The translations under genes were made by a program, and so were the position numbers. From IMG/VR virus record IMGVR_UViG_3300045241_000137: DNA of 64,000 nt; one strand, 5' to 3'. This document shows positions 22,829-32,756 of this stretch, piece after piece; position 1 is the stretch's first letter; each line of letters starts with the position of its first letter. Source of the stretch: an uncultured virus (IMG/VR IMGVR_UViG_3300045241_000137) (taxonomy: Duplodnaviria > Heunggongvirae > Uroviricota > Caudoviricetes). Under the pieces are notes generated by a model. That model did not search any database and was not told the DNA's origin. It saw nothing but the letters and a program-made list of their open reading frames with translations.

Positions 22829-23157
22829 CGACCTGTGCGCTCCTCGAGCATCCGCGCTTCCTCGTTCGACAGTTCGGCGACGAGCTGCGCGAGCACCTCA
22901 AGCGTGATCGGCACTTCGCGTTCTGCTGCGAGTAGATCGTCCCAGCGCGAGCGGTACTCCGGGCGCAGGCTGCGACGAACGATGCTGACGATCGTGTCGT
23001 AGTAGTTGTCGGCGAGCCTGTCCATCTGGATCTCGGCCAAGTCGGCCGCAGCGTCCGCTGGCATCACCGGCTTGATCCGGAACTCAACCCCCGCGAAAGT
23101 GAAGGAGCGTTCGATCCCCGCGAGCTCCTCTGCCTTCGCAGCGTAAAAGTCTGTCAT
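22708..23157 (-). CDS. Tail assembly chaperone (gpG-like)
   Basis: Position before the tape measure gene; GRPT followed by a low-complexity Ser-rich tail. Confidence 0.75.
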   Translation of the reverse strand: MTDFYAAKAEELAGIERSFTFAGVEFRIKPVMPADAAADLAEIQMDRLADNYYDTIVSIVRRSLRPEYRSRWDDLLAAEREVPITLEVLAQLVAELSNEEARMLEERTGRPTQPSSPSGSTGENGSTKSTDVSESREEVASMVSRSVPT

Positions 23158-23591
23158 GCGAGTCCTCCTCTCAGCACGCGCAGGACTGCGCGCGCAAGAA
23201 CACGATACGGCCTGCTACCAGGATGGTCTACAGCAGATAGCGGACGGTCAGGCGTGTACCAACCCCTGCTTCCCGTGTTCGGCTTCGTCGTCCACCACAA
23301 CGCTTCCTTCGGATGACGCGGCAAGATCCGGTGTGGCGGCGAACCGCGCTCTAGGATCCGCGACTGCGGCGCCGACGCCTGGATGCGCAACACCAGACCG
23401 CCGCCGATGGAGAGCAGACGCCACCCGATCGACGCGCGGTAGCGGCCCGTGCGCACGAGGCCTTCCTCGGTCGCGATCTGCTTCGCCGCGGACTCGATCC
23501 GCACGCCCTGTCGCGCGAAGTGCTTACCGACGGGTCCGGACGGCGACTGGCTCATCTCGCGGAACCGCGTCTCGTTGATCCGCAGCGCCAT
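23154..23591 (-). CDS. HK97 gp10-like neck/tail-completion protein
   Basis: VRTGRYRASI...ERGSPPHRI...VDHPGSRP motifs. Confidence 0.7.
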   Translation of the reverse strand: MALRINETRFREMSQSPSGPVGKHFARQGVRIESAAKQIATEEGLVRTGRYRASIGWRLLSIGGGLVLRIQASAPQSRILERGSPPHRILPRHPKEALWWTTKPNTGSRGWYTPDRPLSAVDHPGSRPYRVLARAVLRVLRGGLA

Positions 23592-24124
23592 CAGGTGCCG
23601 AGAATCCCGCCCTCGATCGGGTAGCGGTACGTCAGGATCCAGCCTGCGCATCCGCCCTGCGGCTGCATCTTCTGACCGCCCAACCGCTCCGCACCCGAGC
23701 AGAGGTTGTGCAGCGCACCATGCTTCAGCGAGTCGCTGATCCCGAGCCATGTGCACCAGCCGTCCTCGTCGATCATCTGCGCCTCGGCCTGCTGCACCGC
23801 CGGCGGCGGATACATCAGACGGCCACCCACTTGTTTCGGTTCGGTGACGCAGCGGGTGATCTGCACGATCTGGGTGACGGTGATCGCGCCGCCGCGGTTG
23901 ATCTGCTTCGCCGCGCCGAGCGCGCCGAACTGGGTGCGGGTACGCAGGTCGACCTCTTGGATCGACTGCGTGTAGACAGTGAGTTGGCCGCAGCAGTCGA
24001 GGGCGGGTTCGCCGTAGGAGACGAACGCCCTGTCGGGCGGTCCTGCTTCTGCGAATGCGAGTCCTTCGAGCGCGGCGGCTAGGAACGCGACCGAGATGTC
24101 GTAGACGTCTGCGGCGGTCGCCAC
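23591..24124 (-). CDS. Putative tail terminator/head-tail completion protein
   Basis: Position; PALDCCGQL, ITRC and PQGGCAGW motifs of the kind seen in actinophage neck proteins. Confidence 0.6.
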   Translation of the reverse strand: MATAADVYDISVAFLAAALEGLAFAEAGPPDRAFVSYGEPALDCCGQLTVYTQSIQEVDLRTRTQFGALGAAKQINRGGAITVTQIVQITRCVTEPKQVGGRLMYPPPAVQQAEAQMIDEDGWCTWLGISDSLKHGALHNLCSGAERLGGQKMQPQGGCAGWILTYRYPIEGGILGT

Positions 24125-24154
24125 AGTCTCATACTCTCACGGCGTGGTCAGGAC

Positions 24155-24613
24155 TCATGTGATCTTCAGGGTGCCGCCGTCGTTCCAGACGGTGTTCGCG
24201 CTCGCGGGTTCCAATATAGGTAGCCCGACGATTTTGAGCGTCCCGGTGACGGTGATGACGGCGGGTGAGTGCGCTATCAAATCGATGCCGGAGTCCGCGC
24301 CAGCTTCGACGGAGACGTCCCCGAAGCCGCTCGTAAGCAAGACGATGCCGCCGTTACCGTCCGCGTTGATGTTGATGCCGTTGTCGCCGGTGACGTTGAC
24401 GCTATCGCTTGATACGAGACTGATGTCGTCACCGCCGGTTGTTTCCAGGGTGACGCTGCCGGTGGTGGTGGTGACCTCGAGGTAGCCGCCCTCCTGGGGT
24501 GAGGTGTCGAACTGGATGCCCCCACCGCCACCGCCGCCCCCTCCGCCGCCCTCGGACTGAACGTTGGTTTCCCAGACACCGTCGATCAGGCGCCTGCCGA
24601 CCTCCTGCGTCAT
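24155..24613 (-). CDS. Hypothetical virion protein with poly-Gly linker
   Basis: Run of 11 Gly, beta-rich repeats, VWNDGGTLKIT C-terminus. Confidence 0.6.
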   Translation of the reverse strand: MTQEVGRRLIDGVWETNVQSEGGGGGGGGGGGIQFDTSPQEGGYLEVTTTTGSVTLETTGGDDISLVSSDSVNVTGDNGININADGNGGIVLLTSGFGDVSVEAGADSGIDLIAHSPAVITVTGTLKIVGLPILEPASANTVWNDGGTLKIT

Positions 24614-24618
24614 CTAAC

Positions 24619-25443
24619 TCACACCCTCACAGGCCACGGGTCGAGCTCAGGCACAGCCAACGCCGTTCGCCGCTGCCGCCGCTGCCCCGCATACGTCGAG
24701 ATGAACGCATCGACCAGCGGCATCCCCGTGCGCATCGAGCCGATCAGCCACAACCCGAGCTGCTGCGTGTCGATCGTCAAACCTTGCCTGGTGATCCGCA
24801 CCGTGCCGGCGGGGATCTCGCACTCCGCGTCATCACCGGGGCAGGCGGCAGCGATCTGACAGGCGAGCTGAGCCGCCGCAAGTTGTCCGGCGAGCGGCGG
24901 CGCGAGGCCGTAGCGGTAGTGCACGAAGAACGTGCCGATGCCCTCGTCGATGTCCATCCGCTGACAGGAAGGCCAGCGCTGCGGGTTCCCTTCGGCGTCG
25001 GCCATCCGGATCAGGTAGCGGTCGGTGCGGAGCGCGTACTCGGCCGGGTCCAAGACGATCCCGTCGATCGACACCTCTTGGATCTCGCGTACGGGGTAGC
25101 CGGCAAGCCTGATCTTCGACAGCGGCTGGCAGGAGCAGTCGCGTCCCGCGTGCCACGCGAACGACGAGAGCCCCCACGGCCCGTCGAACCACTGGTAGGG
25201 CCAGTGCCACGGCGGCACCCAGTCGGCCCAACACGACGTCTTGCTCGCGCACGGCCTGACGGTTGTCTCGCAGATGCCGGGGAACCTATGCCCCGAGATC
25301 TCGTAGAGCAGATCGGAAGCGAGCTGCGCCGCTTGGTCGAGGTCGACGTCGGTGCCGAGGTTGACACTGCAGCAGCCGAGGATCGCCTCCGCATCGGTCC
25401 ACGGCTCGCAGGTTCCGGTGTTGATCTCGGTCGGGCCGGTCAC
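24619..25443 (-). CDS. Head-to-tail adaptor
   Basis: ASDLLYEISGHRF.G.C..TVRPC, WPSCQ, ITRQG and TGMPLVDAFI motifs typical of actinophage adaptors. Confidence 0.75.
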   Translation of the reverse strand: MTGPTEINTGTCEPWTDAEAILGCCSVNLGTDVDLDQAAQLASDLLYEISGHRFPGICETTVRPCASKTSCWADWVPPWHWPYQWFDGPWGLSSFAWHAGRDCSCQPLSKIRLAGYPVREIQEVSIDGIVLDPAEYALRTDRYLIRMADAEGNPQRWPSCQRMDIDEGIGTFFVHYRYGLAPPLAGQLAAAQLACQIAAACPGDDAECEIPAGTVRITRQGLTIDTQQLGLWLIGSMRTGMPLVDAFISTYAGQRRQRRTALAVPELDPWPVRV

Positions 25444-25538
25444 GGCAGCGGCGTCGATGTCGTGACGAGCATCGCGGTGAGGAAGATCGCCGTGAGCATC
25501 ACCAGGGTGGCGAGGACGGTCTGCTTATGGACGCGCAT
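25440..25538 (-). CDS. Very small membrane peptide
   Basis: MRVHKQTVLATLVMLTAIFLTAMLVTTSTPLP, with a GGGAGG RBS upstream. Confidence 0.4.
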   Translation of the reverse strand: MRVHKQTVLATLVMLTAIFLTAMLVTTSTPLP

Positions 25539-25570
25539 GACCGTCGTCGCCTCCCTGCGCCTATCTCGAC

Positions 25571-26224
25571 TTACGTTGCGACCGTTGAGTAATCGCACGT
25601 CCCGACCGGCAGGGCGCCGTCCTCGGCCCACACCATCACCTGATCGGCCTCGATGTTGGCCGGCTGGTCGCCGAACGGCCCGTCGCCCCATGCGGTGTTC
25701 GCGCGCGACTTGCCCGTGAGGACGATCGGCCCGAAGTCGGCCTGCAGCGTGTTCTGGCCGGGCACCCACGCGACAGACGGCCACAGCCAGTGCCACCACG
25801 GCCAGATCGGATCCTGCTCGTCATCGACTGTCCAGCGCTTCGACCAGGCCTCGAACGCCACGCGAGCGCGCGGCGTACCGCAGTCCTGCTTCGCGCCGTA
25901 GCGGAAGCCGAGCGGGCCGTTCGTGTTCTCGATCACCGTCGCGCCGATCAGCATCTCGACCAGGCCCGGCTCGAGCCGCCCGGCGTCGAGCTGGAGGTCG
26001 AAGCGGCGGAGCGAGTCCTCGTCGGACTTGGAGGCGATGACGCAACCGCCGCAGCCGCCGAGCAGCTCGCGGTCTTGGCCCTCGCGGATGTTCGGGGTGA
26101 ACTGCAACTGGATCACGTCCGACACGACGTAGACGTTGTCGAAATGGATGTCGACGGTTCCGTCGGAGGCGAGCCTCGTCGCCCGGACGGCGCAGATCTC
26201 GACTGTTGACGCGCATTCGAGCAT
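25571..26224 (-). CDS. Major tail protein
   Basis: RATRLASDG...VAFEAWSK...WWHWLWP...WGDGPF; lies directly after the capsid genes. Confidence 0.75.
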   Translation of the reverse strand: MLECASTVEICAVRATRLASDGTVDIHFDNVYVVSDVIQLQFTPNIREGQDRELLGGCGGCVIASKSDEDSLRRFDLQLDAGRLEPGLVEMLIGATVIENTNGPLGFRYGAKQDCGTPRARVAFEAWSKRWTVDDEQDPIWPWWHWLWPSVAWVPGQNTLQADFGPIVLTGKSRANTAWGDGPFGDQPANIEADQVMVWAEDGALPVGTCDYSTVAT

Positions 26225-26258
26225 TACGTTCTCACTCCTTTCCGAGTGACGAGCCTCA

Positions 26259-27134
26259 TCACGGGACCAGGTCGATCAGGACGCCGGCCTGGGTGTGGTT
26301 GTCGTCGGCCGAGGACTGGCGGCCGATCCAGTTGAACAGGTAGGGACGCTCCGCGATGAAGCGGAGGTCGTTGTTGGAGCGGTCGAGGGACTGGGCGTAG
26401 TCGCCGATGATCTGGATCTCGGGGTCGCGGTACACCTGGATCGGACCGGAGGCGAACGCCCATGCCTGGTCGGCCGCGGGTGCGCTCTCCCCGAACGGGT
26501 ACGCCCCGATGTAACCGGCACCGACCGCAACAGGGGTTCCGAGCACGGTCTGCGCCTGCCTGCTGCCGACCCTGACGGGAGTGACCAGATACTCCGATGC
26601 CCACTCCGCGTAGATGGCTGGAGTGGCGTGGATGATCCCTGTCCCGTTCAGCGCGATCGCGTCCTCGAGGAGTTGCAGCGCACGGTGGCCGCTGACGACG
26701 CCGCCGCCGAGAGTTTCCATGTTCACGTCGCCGAGGTATGGGCCTAGGGTGGAGTGGCCGTCACCCGTTGCGAGGACCCGTTCGACGGCCGCTGTCTCGT
26801 ACACCTGGAACGCGAGTTTCAGCCGGTCGGTCAGCCACGCTTGGTTCGAGCCGATACCGCTGGCGGTGCAGAACGCGTCCATGTAGACCGTGAAGCGGCC
26901 GGTGATGTTGTCGCCCATCGGTTCGTTCTGCGACTTGATCCGGTCGGTGCCCTGCGAGCACGGGTCCTGCGTGTGCGCAGGGCCGTTCGGGTAGTCCTCG
27001 ATCCACGCCCCGGCCAGCCAGCGGTTGCTGGTCGGGACGATGAGGTCTGCCGCGTCTAGCAGCGTGAACTGACGCGGGGAGGGGACTGGGGCTTGCAGGT
27101 TCACAAGCCCCGCCGGTGCCACGATCGTTGTCAC
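26259..27134 (-). CDS. Second capsid protein (pentamer/penton-type)
   Basis: 291 aa directly after the major capsid gene. FTVY...C...G...E..AVERVL, GIIHA, T.LGTPVAVGAGY and IAERPY resemble the 'major capsid pentamer' family of Rosebush-like actinophages (recalled, not searched). Confidence 0.7.
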   Translation of the reverse strand: MTTIVAPAGLVNLQAPVPSPRQFTLLDAADLIVPTSNRWLAGAWIEDYPNGPAHTQDPCSQGTDRIKSQNEPMGDNITGRFTVYMDAFCTASGIGSNQAWLTDRLKLAFQVYETAAVERVLATGDGHSTLGPYLGDVNMETLGGGVVSGHRALQLLEDAIALNGTGIIHATPAIYAEWASEYLVTPVRVGSRQAQTVLGTPVAVGAGYIGAYPFGESAPAADQAWAFASGPIQVYRDPEIQIIGDYAQSLDRSNNDLRFIAERPYLFNWIGRQSSADDNHTQAGVLIDLVP

Positions 27135-27176
27135 CGTTCAGTCCCCTCTCTCACGTCGGTTGTCAGCGTCCTTCCG

Positions 27177-28871
27177 TTAGCACTCGGTGTGCAGGTCGAC
27201 CGGGGCGGACAGCGCACCCGAGGCGCAGACGGCGCTGGAGACCCAGTCGGACTCGACTCCGGTGAAGGCGACGTTCTCCCAGGTCTCCGCGAAGATCTGG
27301 AAGTCGTTCGTCGCGTTCAGCGAACTGTCGCGGACGACGCCGAGGTTCAGCTCGCCGGCGTCGAGGTGGAGCCACGATCCGGAGGGGAAGATCGCCCATT
27401 GGAGCGTGGCCGGGAAGGTCAGGATCGCCCCGGCGGTCTGCGCCGCGAAGATCTGGCCGGTGCCCGTGCTCGGGCCGTCGAGGTAGAACGTCGGGATGAT
27501 CCCGGCGCCGCGGAGCTCGGACTCCATGCCTGCGCGGGTCGCCATCACGTCGCCGTAGGCGCGGCGGGTGGAGTCGAGCGCAAGCAGGTCGATCGTCCAG
27601 GCCGGGAACAGCGCCTGCAGCGTTGCGTCGGCGGGCATGCGGTTCCTCGACCTGATCCCGGCGGCGATCTTGTAGATGTCGCCGAACAGGTTGAAGTGCG
27701 CGCCGCCCGACGAAGCGTCGCCGACGACGTTCGTCGATCCGACCTTGATCGCCTGCAGCAGCTTGCTGTCTGCGAGGCGGGCCTGCTCGGCCATCACCAA
27801 GTCGGCGATCCGGGCCATCAGCTCCGGGTACGACTTCGCGGCGAGGTTGTCGGCCTCGATGCACTGGTAGATCGAGTCGACCTTCGTCGGGTTGAAGTCC
27901 GGGCATTCGATCCGCATGCAGCCCTTGACCGCGAACGTGCCGCCCTGGGCGTTCTCGGCGGCGGTGACGACGCCGACGGCGTCGGTGTAGTCGCCCATCG
28001 TCGGCGTGACGCCGATCTGGACGCCGCCGCGGGCGGCGACGAACGACTCGAGCGCGCCGCGAACGGGCCGTGCGGCGGTCTCGACGCCCGGCAGCTCGTA
28101 GCGGGGCGGGAGCGGTGCGCAGAGATCGCCGGAGGCGGTGAGCGCCTGGGCACCCATGATGTTCCGCACCCGGTCGGCATTCACGAGGTAGCCGTCCGGC
28201 CCCTCGGAGAGCACGCGCTCGGCCGGGAAGTCGAAGCGCGCGTGCGCGAGCACGACCTTCTGTCCCGGCTGGACGCGGTTCTTGTGGATGATGTCGTCCA
28301 TGAACTCGCCGACGCCGCGCCGGTCGAGCTGCGTCATCGACTCGTATGGGGCGCCGAGCCCGGCGGCGAACGGCGTGACCCGCAGTCCGGATCCGTCGTC
28401 GTGGTCGGACTGCTTCGGCCGGTGGCTCTTGGCCGCAGGGAGCGGCCGCGGCGCACGGGCAACGGGATTCGTCGCGGTGGTCGCGGCGGCGACCGTCGCC
28501 TCCTCGACCTCCTCGACCTCGGTCTCCTCGGCGTCGGCCTCGACCGGCTCGTCGTCCGCCTTGGCGGTGACTCCGGCGCGGCTGGCGAGCTCGTCGAGCT
28601 TCGTCTCGTAGCCGGTCTCGTCGGCTGCGCGCTCGGCGATCTCGGCGTCGATCTTCTCGATCGCGAGGACGGCCTCCTGCATCTGGTCGGCGACCTCGGT
28701 GCGGGTGCGGTCGCCCACGATCTCCGGGTCGGCTCGACCGGCCAGGACTTCTGCGACGCGCTCGCGCAGCCCTGCGGCGTGCGCTGCGAGGTCTCCGTCC
28801 TCGATCTCGGACAGGTCCCACTTCTCGACCGGTCCTTCCTGCGGCAGACTGAAAAGCGGTTCGTCGGGCAT
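27177..28871 (-). CDS. Major capsid protein (hexamer-type) with N-terminal scaffold-like region
   Basis: Acidic coiled-coil N-terminus, ALTASGDLCAP, RPVRGAL, RGG, LNLGVVRDSSLNATNDFQIFAETWE. Confidence 0.88.
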   Translation of the reverse strand: MPDEPLFSLPQEGPVEKWDLSEIEDGDLAAHAAGLRERVAEVLAGRADPEIVGDRTRTEVADQMQEAVLAIEKIDAEIAERAADETGYETKLDELASRAGVTAKADDEPVEADAEETEVEEVEEATVAAATTATNPVARAPRPLPAAKSHRPKQSDHDDGSGLRVTPFAAGLGAPYESMTQLDRRGVGEFMDDIIHKNRVQPGQKVVLAHARFDFPAERVLSEGPDGYLVNADRVRNIMGAQALTASGDLCAPLPPRYELPGVETAARPVRGALESFVAARGGVQIGVTPTMGDYTDAVGVVTAAENAQGGTFAVKGCMRIECPDFNPTKVDSIYQCIEADNLAAKSYPELMARIADLVMAEQARLADSKLLQAIKVGSTNVVGDASSGGAHFNLFGDIYKIAAGIRSRNRMPADATLQALFPAWTIDLLALDSTRRAYGDVMATRAGMESELRGAGIIPTFYLDGPSTGTGQIFAAQTAGAILTFPATLQWAIFPSGSWLHLDAGELNLGVVRDSSLNATNDFQIFAETWENVAFTGVESDWVSSAVCASGALSAPVDLHTEC

Positions 28872-29034
28872 GTGATCCTCCTGAACGCGAAGTTGAAGTT
28901 GTTTTCGCGTCGAGGACCTTTGGCCGCGACTGCCCACCGAGACCCAGGGCTCGATGTTCTGGAAGCGACCTTAGCGCAGGTTGCGGTCGGAGCGCTAGTG
29001 CGAGTTTGCGGACTGCGCTGTTTGGTCTACCTGG

Positions 29035-29328
29035 TTAGACCCCGGTGCCGGGAGTCTGCGGCGGCCCGAGCGTCTGCGACGCCGTCACCTGGTAGTTCGC
29101 TTTCGTGCCGGGGAAGTGGCGTGCCTCGACTGTGACCGTGGCGGTCCCGTCGTCGTTCGCGTACGGCCCGTTGATGGTGCCGTTCGTGCCCTTAGTGCCG
29201 TCCGTCCCGTCGTAGTGCCATTTGACGGTCTGGATGCCGTCGGGGTCGGCGCCCTGGATGTTGACGACGAGGTCTCCGGCTTCGTTCCAGTCGACGGTGA
29301 ACGATGAGGGGTTGAACTCCTGTGTCAT
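29035..29328 (-). CDS. Small beta-rich (Ig-like) protein
   Basis: MTQEFNPSSFTVDW...; GAAGGGAG RBS. Confidence 0.6.
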   Translation of the reverse strand: MTQEFNPSSFTVDWNEAGDLVVNIQGADPDGIQTVKWHYDGTDGTKGTNGTINGPYANDDGTATVTVEARHFPGTKANYQVTASQTLGPPQTPGTGV

Positions 29329-29405
29329 GGCGGTGTTGCTCCCTTCGGTGACCCCAGGGTTGTGGATTGGCCGGAGTTTAGGTATCGCTGTCGGACGGTG
29401 AGCGG

Positions 29406-30023
29406 CTAGAGCAGGGCGGCGCGACGGTGGGACCCGCTCCGGTTCGTCTTCCCGACCGAGGCCACTGACTCGTCGTGATCGCACGCGCACGGCACCATCT
29501 GAATCGGATGGATCCTCCGGATACGGCAGTAGTTAGCGACGATCCCGTCGTCAGCGCCGCGCATCGGCCGGCGGTGCCGGTCGCCTCTGGTGTCCGCCCA
29601 CGCGAGCAGCCCGTCGATGACGGCGCGCGGATAGATGATCGCTACGGTCGGGACGTAGGCGCCGACCGTGAACGGGGCGAACTCGTGTCGTGCCTTCCGA
29701 GCCAGCGCCTGCACACGTCGTTCGCGCGGGAAGCCAGGGACGAAGGCGAGCAGCACCGACTCGGGATGTTCTGCGAGGCCATGCGCGATCCTCGACGCGA
29801 AAACCCCGCCCGGAACCATGTCGTCCTGCGCGACCATCAGGTTCGTCGCTTCGTCAGGCATCGCCTCGAGACAGGCGCGGTGCGCGCGCCAAGGATTCGT
29901 CAGCCCATCCGGCTCCGGATCGGGCACGACCTGGACGTCGGAGAAATCGGTGAGCCGTTCGAGCAGCGGCGGAATCAGATGCGCACGCGACGGGTGGTGC
30001 TGCACGCGAACCGAGACCGTCAT
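29406..30023 (-). CDS. Putative glycosyltransferase (GT-A-like)
   Basis: VQHHPSR, VAQDD (DxD-like), ADD and CDHDE motifs; lies in the glycan gene cluster. Confidence 0.6.
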   Translation of the reverse strand: MTVSVRVQHHPSRAHLIPPLLERLTDFSDVQVVPDPEPDGLTNPWRAHRACLEAMPDEATNLMVAQDDMVPGGVFASRIAHGLAEHPESVLLAFVPGFPRERRVQALARKARHEFAPFTVGAYVPTVAIIYPRAVIDGLLAWADTRGDRHRRPMRGADDGIVANYCRIRRIHPIQMVPCACDHDESVASVGKTNRSGSHRRAALL

Positions 30024-30634
30024 TGGACGATCAGGCGGCAAACCTCGAACGCCTCCGCGTAGCGGCACCCCGCCTGGACACCGTGCGCGAGCGCGACCGC
30101 CTCCATGTAGGACGGGTTCGCGTAGGGCCGCGCGAACTGAGATTTGTAGTGCGCGAGCGCCAGGATCTTCTTGTGAAGGGACTCGTCTCGGAGCCTTACG
30201 AACGCCTGATAGTGGAAGTGGTAGTTGTTCCACGGCAGCTCGTATCCGAGCAGCGTCGACCGCTTGAACGCCCGCAGAGCTTCCATGTGTACGACCCCGT
30301 GGTCTTGATGGACATCGTGCTGTGATGGGCAGAGGACAACGTCGGGCTCGTAGTCGGCGGCCAACCGTACGAGCAGGTCGAGAATCTCCTGCCGTTGCGC
30401 GGGGAACTCGCGCTCCCTGAACGTGTGCAGATCGAGGTGGTCCGGCTGGATTCCGAGGACGGCGGTGGCCCTTTTCACTTCCTGCTCGAGCGTGTCGTGC
30501 GGCTGCGGAACGGAGAACGCGACGTAGCGCACCTCGGCGCCGGCATCACAGAGTCTGGCGATCGTCCCGCCGGCGCCGAACTCTCCGTCATCGGTGTGCG
30601 GTGCGAGAACGAGTACGCGCTTCCATCCGTTCAC
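30020..30634 (-). CDS. PIG-L/LmbE family N-acetyl-sugar deacetylase
   Basis: LAPHTDDGEFGAGGTI, DVHQDH, LAHYKSQ, YAEAF. Confidence 0.9.
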   Translation of the reverse strand: MNGWKRVLVLAPHTDDGEFGAGGTIARLCDAGAEVRYVAFSVPQPHDTLEQEVKRATAVLGIQPDHLDLHTFREREFPAQRQEILDLLVRLAADYEPDVVLCPSQHDVHQDHGVVHMEALRAFKRSTLLGYELPWNNYHFHYQAFVRLRDESLHKKILALAHYKSQFARPYANPSYMEAVALAHGVQAGCRYAEAFEVCRLIVQ

Positions 30635-31224
30635 GCTGCGACCAAGCCAACCGCGCAGGGGTTTTGGCTGTGCGTCCAGTCGAAGTAGCGAACTTCGATG
30701 TCGAGGTCGGCGAACTGTGTCTCGTCGAGGTAGCCGCGGCCGCTGGGGCCGCTCAGGTAGACGGTGCCGCCGATCTCTCTGACCATCCGGGCGAGCCGCT
30801 CGCTCGCGGAGCGGCAAGTTCCGCCGACGAGGTGCGACTGAAAATGCCAGGTGGCAGGGGTGTCTGCGAGGAGGACGCGGAGGCAGGCGAGGTTCAAACC
30901 GATCAGCAGCTCGTAGGGCTTGGAGATCTCCATCACGATGTCCATGACCTCGTCGCCGGCGCCGTAATGCTGGGTGAGCGTCCGCGTGTGCTTCTGCCTC
31001 CATGAAGGTTGGTCGGAAATCCGCACCTTGTTGAACATGTCCATGTCGGTTTCGCGGACGACAGGAACTGTGAGCCACGAGCCGTCAGGCATGCGGTTCC
31101 GGTTCGAGTAGCCGCCGTGGGTGTATTGGACGGTGTCGAGCCAGATGACCGCGTCGGCCTGCTGGATCTTGGAGATGACGCTCGCACCAGGAAGATAGTT
31201 GGCCTGGTGCGCTGTGACGATCAT
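30631..31224 (-). CDS. WbqC-like protein
   Basis: AHQANYLP...DTVQY...NRNR...WLTVPV...YLSGPSGRGYLD. Confidence 0.88.
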   Translation of the reverse strand: MIVTAHQANYLPGASVISKIQQADAVIWLDTVQYTHGGYSNRNRMPDGSWLTVPVVRETDMDMFNKVRISDQPSWRQKHTRTLTQHYGAGDEVMDIVMEISKPYELLIGLNLACLRVLLADTPATWHFQSHLVGGTCRSASERLARMVREIGGTVYLSGPSGRGYLDETQFADLDIEVRYFDWTHSQNPCAVGLVAA

Positions 31225-32756
31225 GCTGCGGCCTGATCGCGGTCGCGCAGTTCGCGGCACCGTTCGATCATCCGCCACTTCCGCTCAGTCTGTCCCGGCT
31301 GGGTATAGAGCCTGTCGGGATCGTCGGTGTACGGGAGCGTCTCGTAGCCGATGTCGATCACCTTGGACGGGGCGAGGACACCGAAGATGAAGTCGCCCTC
31401 GGTGCGGGCCTCCTCGTCCCACGGATACTCCGCGAAGTAGCGGGCGAACACCCGCTCAGGAAGGTCCCTGTCGCACAGCGATCCGGCGCCTTGCATGGCG
31501 ACGAGGCTGCGGTAGCCTGCCCCGTCGATCCACGCCTCGTCCATGTTCGCCACGAGCATTCCGGGCGTGTAGGCGGCGAGCAGGCGGTCGTGCTCGGTGA
31601 ATACGACGTCGTCGTCCTGCCAGTAGATGACCGGCTTTGTCGTCTCGGGGATCGCGGCGTAGCGGCCCATGACTTTCAGGTCGTGGTCGCGCTTCGAGTT
31701 GTCCCAGATCACGATCTCGTCGTAGGGGAGGGTGGCGAGGATCGGTTCCATGTCGACGTTGCCGCGGGTGACGAGTACGGCCGCGATGTCTTTGATCCGC
31801 AGTTTCTTCGCCCTGAGCCGCACGCGCTTCGCCTTCAGCGACGGGAGCGGCGGTAGCACCTCCGGTTGAACGAGAACCGCCGGCGGATCCAGTTGCTTGT
31901 AGTGGCGTGCAACGACGAACAGCTTGTCGTTCGACAGCGGGTACTTGTCGGCAACGCTGTTCGCGAGGTTCGCCAACACACGGAGCGGCTCGACCCGTGA
32001 GGGTCGCATCTGCCAAGCGGCGAGGAGCTCGCGTGCGCTCTCGAGGAAGTCGACGTGCTCGCCAAGAAGCACCCCGAGTCGGTAGCGGGCGAAGAAGTTC
32101 TCCTCGTCCCAGCCGTCCAGGTTCGCGCGGTAGCGGTACATGGCTATCGCCTCAGGGAACATGTCGAGGTCGTAGTAGGTCTGCGCCAAGTAGAACGCGG
32201 TACGCGCATCGAGTGGGTTGCGTGCGTGCTCGGCGGCGAGAAGGTCGAGGTCGCGCCTGAGCTTCTCGACGGTGGTGTGGCTGTGATCTTCGATCCAAAG
32301 ACCTTGGAGCGTCTCGCCGTCCCAGCCGCGGTCGGAGGCGAGGTAGGAGTGGGCTACGCCTTCGTAACGCCAGTTGCGGTCGCCTTTGACCAGCAGCGGC
32401 AGCTCGTAGTTCATCGAGGAGCGGATCGTGCCGTTGTAGACGTCGCTGGTGAGCTCGGGGAGTTGGTCGCCTTCGTAGTGGAGGATCATGTCGGCGTCGA
32501 GCAGCAGCAGGTAGTCGGCTGTGCCTTTGGCGAGCGCCATGAGTTCGGAGCGGTTGTGGCCGAACCCGACCCATTCGCTGTGCTTCAACGTCCCGGGCAG
32601 TTCACCGAGAATCTCCCCTACGACCGCCGGCGTCCCGTCGATGCTTCCGGTGTCGATGATCGTCCAGGTGTCGATGAACGGTTTGGCGGACTCGAGGCAG
32701 CGGCGGAAGATCGGGCCGCCGTCCCTGACGATCATCGCCAGCCCGATGGTGCTCAT
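31221..32756 (-). CDS. Two-domain glycosyltransferase (GT2 + TPR + second GT-A domain)
   Basis: LAMIVRD, IDTGSIDGT, LLLDAD, TPR-like FYLAQTY; C-terminal VTRG...IWDNS...YWQDDD. Confidence 0.88.
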   Translation of the reverse strand: MSTIGLAMIVRDGGPIFRRCLESAKPFIDTWTIIDTGSIDGTPAVVGEILGELPGTLKHSEWVGFGHNRSELMALAKGTADYLLLLDADMILHYEGDQLPELTSDVYNGTIRSSMNYELPLLVKGDRNWRYEGVAHSYLASDRGWDGETLQGLWIEDHSHTTVEKLRRDLDLLAAEHARNPLDARTAFYLAQTYYDLDMFPEAIAMYRYRANLDGWDEENFFARYRLGVLLGEHVDFLESARELLAAWQMRPSRVEPLRVLANLANSVADKYPLSNDKLFVVARHYKQLDPPAVLVQPEVLPPLPSLKAKRVRLRAKKLRIKDIAAVLVTRGNVDMEPILATLPYDEIVIWDNSKRDHDLKVMGRYAAIPETTKPVIYWQDDDVVFTEHDRLLAAYTPGMLVANMDEAWIDGAGYRSLVAMQGAGSLCDRDLPERVFARYFAEYPWDEEARTEGDFIFGVLAPSKVIDIGYETLPYTDDPDRLYTQPGQTERKWRMIERCRELRDRDQAAA

